From NCBI GenBank assembly GCA_963663765.2, contig CAXXUA010000003.1, positions 224,001 to 288,000 on the forward strand: a stretch of 64,000 nt of DNA, in the 5' to 3' direction. Positions 50,382 to 61,034 of this stretch are shown here, one piece after another; position 1 is the stretch's first letter, and each line of letters starts with the position of its first letter. A program made the translations under genes and the position numbers. The DNA comes from Candidatus Poribacteria bacterium. Lineage in GTDB: Bacteria > Poribacteria > WGA-4E > WGA-3G. The notes beneath the pieces are model-generated. The model saw only the letters and a list, made by a program, of their open reading frames with translations, did no database searches and had not been told where the DNA came from.

Positions 50382-50587
50382 CGTTGGTTTCCTTCTGATT
50401 AAAAAATACCTTCAGACCTTTAGAAACTACCTTTTGATGTCAGTTTCGGTTCTCTGCTATAGATAGGTAAATACATGTAGTATTAATCTGATTGGGTATG
50501 GGATACAAAACAATATCAAATGCTATCATATCGAGGTTTGTTTGTCAAGGGTGTGTAAAGTATTTACACTTGTCTGATCCATGTTTT

Positions 50588-50818
50588 TCAGACTAAATTC
50601 GTATCTATGGATGAACCCTCTGAAACCCAATCCGCTGTAGCTTCAGCGAATTCTTTAGATAGTTCTTCAGAAACAGTTTGCTCAAGAACTTCAATAATAT
50701 CTTGTCGGAATTTTTCCCAATCTTGACCGCGCCGCGTGAAACGATACATATCCGAAAATTCAATAAACATGGTATCATTCGTTTCAGACATTGATTCTAA
50801 ATAACGTTTAACTTCCAT
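50588..50818 (-). CDS. Small hypothetical protein
   Basis: 76-aa ORF with AGGAG RBS, co-directional after the HAD gene. Confidence 0.6.
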   Translation of the reverse strand: MEVKRYLESMSETNDTMFIEFSDMYRFTRRGQDWEKFRQDIIEVLEQTVSEELSKEFAEATADWVSEGSSIDTNLV

Positions 50819-50835
50819 TTTCTCTCCTCATAAGG

Positions 50836-51522
50836 TTATGTTGCTTTCATCCATTCATGGATTTCCCAATCTGTTTCAAGTGCAAGTTTACGCAACGCTT
50901 TGCTGGGGTTTACTGCTATCGGATTGCCCACACAATCTAACATCGGCAGATCGGATTTGCTATCACTATAAGCATAGCAGATATCCAAGGATATTCCTGC
51001 TTGCTCAGCAAACTTTTTCATAACAATTGCTTTTTGTTCACCGATAAGCGGTTCAGTTGTGAGTTCCCCCGTAAACTTCCCAGCATGTTCCGAAAGTTTG
51101 GCAGCTAAAACAGTATCTACACCGAAATGTTCCGCTATAGGACGCACAATAAAATCCAACGATCCTGTCAATAACACGACATGGTCTCCTTGTGCCTTAT
51201 GCTCCTCTATTTGTGAAATAGCTTCCGGAAAGACTTTTTTGCAGAGGTAATTGTTGAACATGTCATCTGCTAACGCCTTTACAAGTGCAGCATCCATACC
51301 ACGATAATTCCGATAGAAAACCTGATTAAATCGCACCCTGCTAATCTTGTCAAGAATTAGGTAGTATGCGATCTTCGGGAGAAACCCGATGATCCAGAAA
51401 AGTTTCTGAATAGAAAACATTGAGGAGGTCCGCAACCAGATGTAGCAATGTACAATCGTAGAACTCAACAACGTGCCGTCTACATCAAAAAAAGCAATGG
51501 TTTTTCTTTGAAACGTTTCCAT
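50836..51522 (-). CDS. HAD-IB family phosphatase (SerB-like)
   Basis: FFDVDGTL, LLTGS, K, YAYSDSKSD, NPS. Confidence 0.9.
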   Translation of the reverse strand: METFQRKTIAFFDVDGTLLSSTIVHCYIWLRTSSMFSIQKLFWIIGFLPKIAYYLILDKISRVRFNQVFYRNYRGMDAALVKALADDMFNNYLCKKVFPEAISQIEEHKAQGDHVVLLTGSLDFIVRPIAEHFGVDTVLAAKLSEHAGKFTGELTTEPLIGEQKAIVMKKFAEQAGISLDICYAYSDSKSDLPMLDCVGNPIAVNPSKALRKLALETDWEIHEWMKAT

Positions 51523-51530
51523 CTTATTTT

Positions 51531-54500
51531 CTAACCGAGTGTCGCACCGAGTTTCGCAACACGACTTTCAAGTTCTGTCAAGAATTTCTGATAGATATCC
51601 GAGTTCTCCGGGATGTCACCCGGTTTCTGTGATACTTCAAAAAGAAGCGGTTCCCCAAAAATAATCTGAATCGGATGTTTTTTCGGAATTCCTTGTCCTT
51701 TCGGAAGAACTTCATAAGCACCCTTTATGTACGTAGGGATGATCGGAACTTGCTGTCCATAAATCAGCAAACTAAGAATCCCAGGTTTGAAAGGCTGCAG
51801 TGTTCCATCAAGCGACCTTGTGCCTTCTGGGAAAATCAGTAACCCATTATTCTGCTCTGTCACTTCATTTGCCATTCGTAAATCCTGCAGAAATTGTGTG
51901 AAATTACCATCACGTTCAATCGGAAGTGCATTGAGACAATTATGCGCGAACCAGCCCTGAATCTTATTACCGAACCAGTAATCCCGTGCAGCGAGCGTCC
52001 ATAAGCGATGTGATTCTTGTCCCAGCGCGGTGATAACCGTCAATGTGTCTAAATGACTCGTGTGGTTCGGTGTAATAATAAAAGGCTTACCTTTTGGAAT
52101 ATTCTCAAGTCCGATACATTCAAACGAGAATCGGTGACGATACAGACTTCGGATACCCGCCCGAAGCGCACGCGCATACCAATGCGGTTTTTCACGTAAT
52201 TTTAATGGTCTTGTTGTCCTTGTTGATTCCACACGATCTGATTTCTCAAAAGACTGCGATAACTCAACGACATCTTTGACTGTCTGCAAATTAGCAAGCA
52301 TTGAGTCAGGAATAGTCTGACCGAGTCGTGATTCAAGCAGCATTAGCAAATCAAGCCGTGTCAGTGAATCAAGTCCAAGGTCTATGTCCAAATCACTATC
52401 AAGGTGAATCTTGTTTGCAGGCATGCGTGCTAATTGTGCAAGCGGTTTTAAAATATCTTCTGGTATGTTTTCAGTTAGAATTGAATCAGAACGCTCGTTC
52501 TGCTGTTCAGATTCATCTTCCTCTGCAGTTTGTTCTTTAGCAAGGTAATCTGCTAATACTACTCTGACACGCACTCTATCAATTGTTCCATCTTCTGACT
52601 TTGGCAAAGCTTTTGAAAACAGATGTAATTTGTGAAATTGTTGATAACTTGGTAGCTGCTTCGCCACCAGTTGCAGATGTTCATGAACTTCTGTTTCAGT
52701 CGTTTCATCGTTTTTTGTTGGAACTATCACCGCATGCACTGCAGTGTCAGCACCGTCTTCATCAGGGATACCAACGACACACATCTCAGCAATAGCAGGA
52801 CTATTCTGATAGAGTGCCTCCATTTCAACGGGGTAGATGTTTTTGCCGGAAGCAGGAACGATGATGTCCTTACAGTGTCCAGTGATATAGAGATAACCGT
52901 CATCATCAATATATCCAAGATCCCCTGTATACAACCATCCGTCGCGAATTGCCTTCTCTGTAGCGTTTTGATTTTGATAATATCCCTTCATATTGCTGGG
53001 ACCTTTGGCTATTATTTCGCCAATACCATCGCTATCAGAATCTACAATCTGAAATTCCACGCCTTCCACAGGGGGACCAACAGATCCGCGTTTGCTTTTT
53101 TGATATGGGTTGACACTGAGAACTGGAGCCGTTTCGGTCATACCATAGCCTTGATAAAGTGTCAAACCTAATTTTTGGAATCCATCGTATGTCGCATCCC
53201 CAAGTGCAGCCCCGCCACTCACAAGAACCCGAATGTGTCCTCCCATAATTGTCTGTACTTTTTCTGCTAAGGTTTCTCCCGGTGTGTCATCACGCAATGC
53301 TTGTCGCTCAATAGTGCTTCGCAACATCTGAAACAGACGTGGCACACTGATAAATGCGGTCGTTTTATCTTCCCGCATCGTTCTTAGAAGTGTTGTAGGA
53401 CGAAATGCATTGACATACGTAGCAGTAGTACCGCTATAGAGTGCCATCAACAGACTGCATGAAAAACTGAGCGCATGATACAGCGGTAATGCAGACAAGA
53501 TACGCTCATCATCTGTAGGTGGCAGTGCCTTAGCAACAGCCTTTACGTTGGAAATGAATCCTCCATGTGTCAGCATTGCCCCCTTTGCGTCAACTGTCGT
53601 TCCCATCGTGAAAATAATAGATGCAACGGTATCAGGTTTAATCTCTACATCAGGAAAATCTGCTGGTATGTCCTCATTTGTATCAACAGTTTCGTGGAAC
53701 GTATTTATATTTTGCACAAGTGAATTAGTTTTAGTCAACTGTGTGCCTGACTGAGACAACACAGAATCGGATGCAAGGATCGCTTTTGCAGTCGTGAATT
53801 CAGCAATTGCAATAATTTCTTGAGTTGGTGTTTGTGCATCAAGCGGGACAACCACACAACCAATTTGCGATGCTGCAAGGTAAGCAATACACCATTCCGG
53901 TTGATTTTCCGAAACCAAAACAACCCGTTCCCCTTCACGTATACCGCACTGCCATAATTGGAATGCTGCTTGACGTGAACGTGTATAGGTTTCAGCATAG
54001 GTAAATCGTTCCCATTCGCCATCAGTAACCATCTGGAGTGCAATTTTATCGGGAATACGTTTTGACTGAATCTCAATTAAATCTACAATTGTTTTAGGTG
54101 AAATACTATCAATCGGATTCGGAGCGGGGTCAGGAAGTTCGTCTGCTTCCTCTTGCTGCGTTGATTCTTTCTGTTCTTGTGCATTCGCTGTTCCGTCATC
54201 AAGTTTTAGCACATGCCGTTTGATACCGGGAATGTGTATTTCTTGGAAATATTGCTGCCACTGAATTTGCGATACATCAAAACAGAACTGTTTCTGTTCA
54301 TCAGGAGAGAGAGAGTCGTAAAGTGCTTGCATCTTTCCAGTTTCAAATTCAAAGTTGGTTCGCGTGTAAGGGGCATAAATCCGAATGTAATGAAGAAGTG
54401 CTTTAATCCCACTCTGTTTGATTGTCAGTCTTCGTCGTTGGCGTTTAGCTGATTTCAGAGGCAGTATTGAAAGCACTTTTATTGCTCTAGCAAGCATCCG

Positions 54501-55817
54501 CATCTTGCCTTCCACCTTCTCTTGGAAATCCTCTAAACTGGGAAATGTCCAAACTGGAACTGCAATAGGTTTCCCATTTTCTATCATCGGATGTTCAGTA
54601 AAATACCCAGAAGTCGCGTCAACAATACCACGAAAATATAACGGATTCTGTGTACCTGTAGCCACATGATAGACTTCAATTCCGCCGCTTTTCGCTATTG
54701 CCTCGGCAGCAGCTAACATCGCATTCACAACAAAATCTACAGGTATAATGTCTAATATAATGTCAGGATTTGCGGGAAAGTCAGGGATACGTCCTTTCGC
54801 GAAACCGACAATCAACGGTTCAGACATCCGATACTTACCGAGCCAACCCGGATGCGGTTCAGCATGGCTACTTTCAATGATGGAAGGACGAATAATCGCA
54901 GTCGGAAGGTCACCTCGCATATCCATCACAACTTGCTCTGCAAGGAATTTCATGTAGGTATAAGTATCGTTCCATCCGCGAGATCGCGCATGCTGGAGTC
55001 CTGCCTCAACAAGTTCGGTTTCAACCCATTCTGCTTTCACTTCTTCGGTAAGTGACTCAAGGGTTTTTCGACTTGGTCGTTTATCCGCATCTAATTGTTT
55101 CTGAGCGATTTGCTGAAAGTGTGAATATTTTGCTGGTGTGTCCGCTTCATCTCTAATAGATTGACTTAATTTAAGGAGATAGTCAATTTCATCCGAAAGT
55201 GTTGCGGGGATTGTGTTTTCGTTTTTTTCATTATGTTGTTGTGCGAACTGCTCATAAGGTGGGTGCAGTTCCTCTGGAACATGCCCCGGTTTATCACCAC
55301 AGACATAAGCAGTAGAAACATGCAAATAAATAGCTTTGGAACACCCTTTAGCGAACGTCACCACATGTTTGGCAGCAAGCGCGTTCCCCTTTAACGACGC
55401 ATCAAATGGTGGATCAAAATCAACTAGACCTGCAATATTAATAAATATGTCTATTTCATCTTGGAGTCGTGTATAGTCTGCATCGCTAAATCCAAGACGT
55501 TCATCAGTAAGTTCTCCTTCAATAGCAGTAACTTTCTCTTTCGCCCAATCCTCAAACTTCGCACCGTGTGATTGACGCAACGCTCCAAAAACATCTGAGG
55601 TTAACAACTCGTTTTCAAATCGTTCTTGTGCAGAAGTAACTTTGCCATTTGAATCGATCCGGCTTCTAATAAGGAGATAAATTTGTTGGATGTCAGGGAG
55701 GGAAGTTAGTATCTTAGCAACCATCGGTTGCCCAAGGAAGGCGGTACCACCTGTAATCAGTAAGACCTTCCCACGAAAAAAATCGGTTATTGACATAATT
55801 TCCTTTGCAGATTTCAC
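51531..55817 (-). CDS. ElbD-like multidomain lipid synthase: fatty acyl reductase + acyl-AMP ligase + ACP + acyltransferase
   Basis: TGGTAFLG, HVSTAYV and YTYMK (FAR); GYGMTE and YTGDLG (AMP-binding); LGLDSL (ACP); NHTSHLD and FPEGTRS (PlsC). Confidence 0.88.
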   Translation of the reverse strand: MKSAKEIMSITDFFRGKVLLITGGTAFLGQPMVAKILTSLPDIQQIYLLIRSRIDSNGKVTSAQERFENELLTSDVFGALRQSHGAKFEDWAKEKVTAIEGELTDERLGFSDADYTRLQDEIDIFINIAGLVDFDPPFDASLKGNALAAKHVVTFAKGCSKAIYLHVSTAYVCGDKPGHVPEELHPPYEQFAQQHNEKNENTIPATLSDEIDYLLKLSQSIRDEADTPAKYSHFQQIAQKQLDADKRPSRKTLESLTEEVKAEWVETELVEAGLQHARSRGWNDTYTYMKFLAEQVVMDMRGDLPTAIIRPSIIESSHAEPHPGWLGKYRMSEPLIVGFAKGRIPDFPANPDIILDIIPVDFVVNAMLAAAEAIAKSGGIEVYHVATGTQNPLYFRGIVDATSGYFTEHPMIENGKPIAVPVWTFPSLEDFQEKVEGKMRMLARAIKVLSILPLKSAKRQRRRLTIKQSGIKALLHYIRIYAPYTRTNFEFETGKMQALYDSLSPDEQKQFCFDVSQIQWQQYFQEIHIPGIKRHVLKLDDGTANAQEQKESTQQEEADELPDPAPNPIDSISPKTIVDLIEIQSKRIPDKIALQMVTDGEWERFTYAETYTRSRQAAFQLWQCGIREGERVVLVSENQPEWCIAYLAASQIGCVVVPLDAQTPTQEIIAIAEFTTAKAILASDSVLSQSGTQLTKTNSLVQNINTFHETVDTNEDIPADFPDVEIKPDTVASIIFTMGTTVDAKGAMLTHGGFISNVKAVAKALPPTDDERILSALPLYHALSFSCSLLMALYSGTTATYVNAFRPTTLLRTMREDKTTAFISVPRLFQMLRSTIERQALRDDTPGETLAEKVQTIMGGHIRVLVSGGAALGDATYDGFQKLGLTLYQGYGMTETAPVLSVNPYQKSKRGSVGPPVEGVEFQIVDSDSDGIGEIIAKGPSNMKGYYQNQNATEKAIRDGWLYTGDLGYIDDDGYLYITGHCKDIIVPASGKNIYPVEMEALYQNSPAIAEMCVVGIPDEDGADTAVHAVIVPTKNDETTETEVHEHLQLVAKQLPSYQQFHKLHLFSKALPKSEDGTIDRVRVRVVLADYLAKEQTAEEDESEQQNERSDSILTENIPEDILKPLAQLARMPANKIHLDSDLDIDLGLDSLTRLDLLMLLESRLGQTIPDSMLANLQTVKDVVELSQSFEKSDRVESTRTTRPLKLREKPHWYARALRAGIRSLYRHRFSFECIGLENIPKGKPFIITPNHTSHLDTLTVITALGQESHRLWTLAARDYWFGNKIQGWFAHNCLNALPIERDGNFTQFLQDLRMANEVTEQNNGLLIFPEGTRSLDGTLQPFKPGILSLLIYGQQVPIIPTYIKGAYEVLPKGQGIPKKHPIQIIFGEPLLFEVSQKPGDIPENSDIYQKFLTELESRVAKLGATLG

Positions 55818-55940
55818 CTACAGGACGCAAAAACACGTCTGCTTTGATTGATTACACCACTTGCAGTACTGTGAAAGTCTATGCAGGACTTACACAGAAA
55901 CGAACGTATAGATCAAAGTGTTCAGGTAATTTTAAAAACT

Positions 55941-55969
55941 ACTATAACATGTTCAGAATAAATTGTCAA
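55941..55969 (-). promoter_or_regulatory. Sigma70-type promoter for the ElbD-like operon
   Basis: Minus strand TTGACA-17bp-TATAGT with extended TG. Confidence 0.55.
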
Positions 55970-56004
55970 GATTATTGCGATTTTGGACCATAGGTATTCA
56001 GTTT

Positions 56005-56141
56005 TATAGTAGATTTTAGAATTATTTTTACACTTTCAGGTGTAGGAGGGAACTCCGATTCCCGACTATCAAGACGTTCAGTCGCGATTCGGAGATCGCT
56101 CCTACAGAAAAAGTGTAAACTTAATTGTATATTTCACTATA
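56005..56141. mobile_element. TA-flanked MITE with GTAG REP pair
   Basis: Imperfect ~30-bp TIRs tatagt...tttacacttt; gtaggaggggaactccgattcccgac / gtcgcgattcggagatcgctcctac. Confidence 0.6.
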
Positions 56142-56423
56142 AACTCACATTCTAACATAAGTATCTAAAGGCATTCCCCGCCTACAAGAAAATGAATGGA
56201 TACGGAAATCGGGGTTGAAAACCCACTTACAAGAGTAAATTTAGACAGTTAATTTGGCGATTCTGTGTGACAGAACTTTACACACCCTTTTCATTTCTAT
56301 ATTTGCAATTGGTTAAAATATCTGCTAAAATCAAATCACGGTTCTGTTGAAGTAGTTGAATGAACTAACATTTTGTTTCACTATCCGAGAACAAACATCC
56401 TGAAACCATAAGAATACACTCCT

Positions 56424-58034
56424 ATGTATAAACGATTTAATCCCTTTTCCAACAAGTTTCTGATATTGTGTATCGGGATGTATTTATTTTCAATGTATCT
56501 CTGTCCTAATACTCTACATGCAGAAAACAGAGAAGAACTCATAGCCAATGTCCAATCTGAATCACTGATTTCGCATGTAAAATCACTGCAAGAAAACGTA
56601 TCGTATTATCCAACCCAAAAAACACATCGCACACGCAACGCCTATAATAGAGAAGCAACTGAAGGCGCTGTAGAATATATAAAAGGACAATTTCAAAGAC
56701 ACAAAAGGTTACAGGTAAGCGAACAGCATGTCGGCGGCAGCCGAAATGTCATAGCAGTACTTCCCCCAAAGGAGACATCTACAAGCAAACGTGTTTTCAT
56801 AGTCTGTGCACATTACGACACCAAAGCAGACCGAGAACCGAACTGGAATCCATTGGCTTCAATCGCACCAGGCGCAAACAAAAACGGCACTGGGATCGCA
56901 GCAATGTTAGAAATCGCCAGTATCCTTAGTCAATATGATTATGACCACGAAATTAAGTTCATCGCATTCGGTAGTGAAGAAATCGGGTTCCAAGGTAGCC
57001 GAAACTACGTCAATGCAGCATTACAAAACGACAGACCAAACAGTGAAGCACTCAAAAAAAAACTAACACCTGAGTCAGAAAAAATCGTGGCTGTCTTCAA
57101 TTTAGATATGATCGGTTTTAACTGGAAAAGCGATCTCGTTGAAGTAATTGCTAACAGAGAATCACTGTGGATCAGTCGTGCACTCACCATTTCCAATACA
57201 TGGTACAATATCGGATTGAAAATACGCAGAACACAGGACGAATTTGTAGACACTGCTTCACACAAAACATTCTGGGATGTCGGATATTCAGCCGTGACAC
57301 TCATTGAGAGTTCGACTCCATGGCGAAACTCACAAAACTACAATGCAAATCCTTACTACCATACCTACGCCGATACCGTTGATAAAATCAACTTCCAATT
57401 GGTAGAAAAGGTAACACAACTTGTCCTTGCCACCATAGATAGCCTACTCAATGATATGTTCCAACCAGAACGAGAGATACCTAAGATCACACTTGAGTTA
57501 CCTGAAGTCGTCAAACAGAACCCGTTGCAAATCACAGGAACATTTCAAGCAGACTTCCCAATAGATATAATTGTTCATCCCAGCAATGTTTTCGCGGAAT
57601 TAAACAAAGAGAAAAACACTTATACAGCAATGATTCCTTTGTCTCCAGGGAAAAACACTATACATGTTGTCGCACAATACCCACTCGGTGCAGTATCCGT
57701 GAAACAGACGACTGTTTTAGAAGAAGGCTTTTTATGGAAAAGTATTCTCGTATCACCAAATCCAGTACGCTTTCACAACCGCACAGAATTTCGGGTTGAG
57801 GCAAATCTGGATATAACTGAAATGAAGGTCGTCATATACGACGTGCGTGGCAGCCTCATAAAAAGAATTGATGGTGTCGGAGATAGACTTGACAAACGGA
57901 TATGGCGAACTTGGTGGAATCAACAAACTTCCTACGGTTTAGCCGTATCTGGAGGCGTATATGTATGTCAAATTTCCGTTGTGTCAAAAGACCAAACTTA
58001 TACGATCATAAAAAAACTAGCTATCGTGCGTTAA
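56424..58034 (+). CDS. Secreted M28 family metallopeptidase-like protein with C-terminal FlgD/T9SS-like sorting domain
   Basis: RNVIA, CAHYD, FGSEEIG, NLDMIG, YHT..DT; C-terminal PNP....IYDVRG.LI......W.....GGVY......KLAIVR. Confidence 0.82.
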   Translation: MYKRFNPFSNKFLILCIGMYLFSMYLCPNTLHAENREELIANVQSESLISHVKSLQENVSYYPTQKTHRTRNAYNREATEGAVEYIKGQFQRHKRLQVSEQHVGGSRNVIAVLPPKETSTSKRVFIVCAHYDTKADREPNWNPLASIAPGANKNGTGIAAMLEIASILSQYDYDHEIKFIAFGSEEIGFQGSRNYVNAALQNDRPNSEALKKKLTPESEKIVAVFNLDMIGFNWKSDLVEVIANRESLWISRALTISNTWYNIGLKIRRTQDEFVDTASHKTFWDVGYSAVTLIESSTPWRNSQNYNANPYYHTYADTVDKINFQLVEKVTQLVLATIDSLLNDMFQPEREIPKITLELPEVVKQNPLQITGTFQADFPIDIIVHPSNVFAELNKEKNTYTAMIPLSPGKNTIHVVAQYPLGAVSVKQTTVLEEGFLWKSILVSPNPVRFHNRTEFRVEANLDITEMKVVIYDVRGSLIKRIDGVGDRLDKRIWRTWWNQQTSYGLAVSGGVYVCQISVVSKDQTYTIIKKLAIVR

Positions 58035-58046
58035 TCAAAAAAACAT

Positions 58047-58075
58047 TAGACAAAAATAACTTTTTATGATATAAT
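58047..58075 (+). promoter_or_regulatory. Sigma70-type promoter for the LamG gene
   Basis: TAGACA-17bp-(TG)-TATAAT. Confidence 0.6.
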
Positions 58076-58133
58076 TTCTCTATATTTGAGTTAATAACAA
58101 AGGTTGATCGTATATTACAATAGGAGGCAATTG

Positions 58134-58925
58134 ATGAAAATTTACGCTATCATAGGAATACTTGTATGTCTAAGTCTTGGATTTATAGTCGCATTAACCG
58201 AGGCAGCGATTGACCCAGATACAATCGTCGGGGTCTGGTTATTTGACGACGGTCAAGGAGATACCGCAAGCGACTTATCTGAAAATGAACTTCATGGCAC
58301 ACTTCAAGGAGACCCACAGTGGGTTGATGGAAAATTTGGCAAAGCATTGGAATTAGATGGTGTAGGAGCTTACGTTGAACTACCTGCCCATGAGAATCCA
58401 CGCGATGCTATCACTGTCTCTTTATGGGTAAAAAGTAAAACGGAAAATTGGAATAAACACGGTTTTATGCTAGAGAAACGGGACGCTTTTATTGTCCATC
58501 CGGTGACTGATACCAAGAATGTTGGATGGGCACTCTGCAATGGAGCTTGTTGGAATAAACCCCAAAATTGGAATACGAATGCCGCAGGACCTAATGTCAT
58601 TACAGAATGGCACTTGTATACTTTTACTTTTGACAGCAGTTCAGGGGATTGGAAAATCTACGTTGATGAAGAAGAAGTGAGCGCAATGGTCCTTGACAAT
58701 GTTCAAATTAATGAAGATACAGGGCCCGCCTTCATAGGAAGAGATACTTGCTGCGACGATAGGTTCGGAAATGTCTTTATTGATGAAGTCGCAATCTTCA
58801 ACGTCGCATTAGAACAAGATGAAATTGCGTCAATGGCCAATTCTGGTTTAGCTCCCATTGTCGCTTCTGTGGAAGCTGAAGGAAAAATGACAACGACATG
58901 GGGAAAGGTAAAGACCAAATATTAA
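58134..58925 (+). CDS. Secreted LamG/concanavalin A-like domain protein
   Basis: WLFDDG.G, W.DGKFGKAL, IDEVAIFN.AL; C-terminal KMTTTWGKVK motif; AGGAGG RBS. Confidence 0.9.
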   Translation: MKIYAIIGILVCLSLGFIVALTEAAIDPDTIVGVWLFDDGQGDTASDLSENELHGTLQGDPQWVDGKFGKALELDGVGAYVELPAHENPRDAITVSLWVKSKTENWNKHGFMLEKRDAFIVHPVTDTKNVGWALCNGACWNKPQNWNTNAAGPNVITEWHLYTFTFDSSSGDWKIYVDEEEVSAMVLDNVQINEDTGPAFIGRDTCCDDRFGNVFIDEVAIFNVALEQDEIASMANSGLAPIVASVEAEGKMTTTWGKVKTKY

Positions 58926-58955
58926 ATGTAGATTGGGTTTCACATACTCAACTCA

Positions 58956-59092
58956 TAGGTGTCAACTTAAGGGCAACTTTCTTGTGGGAGGGGTTTTCAA
59001 CCCCGATTTAACAATTTGAATACTGTATAATCGGGGTTAAAAACCCCCTCCCACAAGAGAAAGAACAACATTTTCTCTTTAGTTTACACCAA
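58956..59092. mobile_element. TAGGTGTCAACTTAAG MITE with REP pair, inserted inside another REP pair (58928-59122)
   Basis: Ends match 28421-28594. The flanks gtagattgggtttc..tcaac and gggtttcgcaaactcaacccgacctac form an interrupted REP doublet. Confidence 0.7.
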
Positions 59093-59197
59093 TAGGGTTT
59101 CGCAAACTCAACCCGACCTACGAAATAATGTTCTATTATCACATAAAAATGGTATAAGTAGTAACTTAGGTTTATAATTAAAAAAGGAGTTATCGTT

Positions 59198-59470
59198 TTG
59201 CATAGATTATCAGCAAAGAAACATGTTCGCGCAGATGCAAAAAAACGCGACCGGAACAGACATCGTAAAACAACACTTAGAACATCACTTAAAAACGCAG
59301 AACTTGCACTACAAGAAGGTGATGTGGAAACAGCACAGCAATTGTGTAAAACAACCACAAGCCTACTTGACAGGGCAGCAAGTAAAGGTGTTATTAAAAA
59401 GGGCACAGCGAATCGTCAAAAATCACGAATCACTCGCAAGTTGAACTCACTCATAACACAGACTGCCTAA
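59198..59470 (+). CDS. rpsT: 30S ribosomal protein S20
   Basis: SAKK..R....R..N...K..LRT..K and LDRAASKGVIKK..A.R.KSR; TTG start after AAGGAG. Confidence 0.93.
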   Translation: MHRLSAKKHVRADAKKRDRNRHRKTTLRTSLKNAELALQEGDVETAQQLCKTTTSLLDRAASKGVIKKGTANRQKSRITRKLNSLITQTA

Positions 59471-59660
59471 CATAAATACTACAACCTATCTCATAATTCG
59501 TAGGAGGGGTTTGTAACCCCGATTTACCGAACACGTGATCAAGTGAATTTGGGCAAAAATGCATTTATGAGATACACTGTACAATAAACAATTAGAAGTA
59601 GCAACATATAGGTAGGACAGAAACGCACACAATCAATCTGTAATATAGGGAAGATGTGAT

Positions 59661-61025
59661 ATGAATGCACGCGAAGCCGCATTGACATGTCTACTGCATC
59701 TTTCCGATGCAGTAGACATGTCAATTTCGTCCGTTGTTGACAAGGTATTTGAACAAACCAACCTAAACCATCGTGAACGTCGGTTAGCCAACGCTCTCGT
59801 CTACGGTGTTGTCCGTTGGCAACAACAACTGGATTGGGTGTTAGATAATTTCATCAATCCAAAGTTCCGATTAGATACAAAGCACCGTGCTATCCTCAGA
59901 CTCGGTACTTTTCAGTTGTTGCACCTTGATGGTATTCCTCCGCACGCCGCTATTTATGAAACTGTCCAACTTGTAAAAAATAGACGTAAGACCGCAGGCT
60001 TTATCAACGCAGTCTTACGTAACGTGCAACGTAAACGTTCAGAGTCATCCTATCCGTCACTTGAAACACACCCTGTAGAACATATATCTTACGCACTATC
60101 TTTTCCTAAATGGTTAGTCAAAAGATGGATTGAGACACACGGACTGCATTGGACACTTAAGTTCTGTCAAGCAAGTAATCAGGAAGCACCTCTTACCCTC
60201 CGAACAAACACACTACAAACAGATCGTGATAAGCTATGCAAAGAACTAAAGGAGTGTGGATATTCTGCCATTCCAACAAAACTTGCCCCTGAAGGAATTG
60301 TAATTGAAAGCCAAACTACCACAAACGATCAAATTCCTTCTCACCTCTCTGTCACATTGAAAGATATACTCAATCGCAAAGATCTTTATGTACAAGATGA
60401 AAGTGCAATGTTAGTTTCGAACCTGTTGAAACCTGAATCATCGAAATTAGTGGTGGATTTGTGCGCAGCTCCAGGAGGTAAAACAACACACATTGCTTGT
60501 TTGATGGGAAATTCAGGAAAGGTTATCGCTGTAGATATTTCCGATAAAAAACTTGTAATATTACAGGAGAATTGCAAACGACTCGGTGTCAATAACGTTG
60601 AATTCCGAACAATAGATGCAACAAAGACAGACTTCAGTTTTATCAACGCTGCGGATGCAGTACTTATTGATGTACCGTGTTCAGGGTTCGGCACACTCCG
60701 ACGGCATCCCGACATACGATGGAACAAGAATGCTAAACAAATTGCAGCACTCAATTACCTTCAATATCGTCTCCTAAAAAATGTTGCACCACACATAAAA
60801 AATAGCGGTGTCTTAGTGTACAGCACCTGCACAATTGAACCAAGTGAAAACGTGGGGGTTGTCCACCGTTTTCTGAAAAACTATCCGATGTTCACTATAG
60901 ATCATGCAAGTGATTTCTTACCCGATATTCCACAGAGTGCAATCACAACAGAAGGTTTTCTCCAGACATTCCCTCATGAACACGGAGTTGATGGCACATT
61001 CGCTGCGAGACTACGCCGAACCTAA
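59661..61025 (+). CDS. rsmB: 16S rRNA m5C967 methyltransferase
   Basis: NusB-like N-terminus, VQDES, DLCAAPGGKT, DVPCSG.G..RRHPD, YSTCT. Confidence 0.95.
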   Translation: MNAREAALTCLLHLSDAVDMSISSVVDKVFEQTNLNHRERRLANALVYGVVRWQQQLDWVLDNFINPKFRLDTKHRAILRLGTFQLLHLDGIPPHAAIYETVQLVKNRRKTAGFINAVLRNVQRKRSESSYPSLETHPVEHISYALSFPKWLVKRWIETHGLHWTLKFCQASNQEAPLTLRTNTLQTDRDKLCKELKECGYSAIPTKLAPEGIVIESQTTTNDQIPSHLSVTLKDILNRKDLYVQDESAMLVSNLLKPESSKLVVDLCAAPGGKTTHIACLMGNSGKVIAVDISDKKLVILQENCKRLGVNNVEFRTIDATKTDFSFINAADAVLIDVPCSGFGTLRRHPDIRWNKNAKQIAALNYLQYRLLKNVAPHIKNSGVLVYSTCTIEPSENVGVVHRFLKNYPMFTIDHASDFLPDIPQSAITTEGFLQTFPHEHGVDGTFAARLRRT

Positions 61026-61034
61026 TCTAAACAG

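Noticed and set aside
56145-56190. Further micro-insertion copy (minus strand ggggaatgcctttag... after gtaggc)
   Set aside because: Only the 5' arm matches; the 3' arm and tail are too degenerate to support.
59539-59724. Minus-strand ORF resembling the RsmB N-terminus
   Set aside because: It is an artefact of the 20-bp palindrome.
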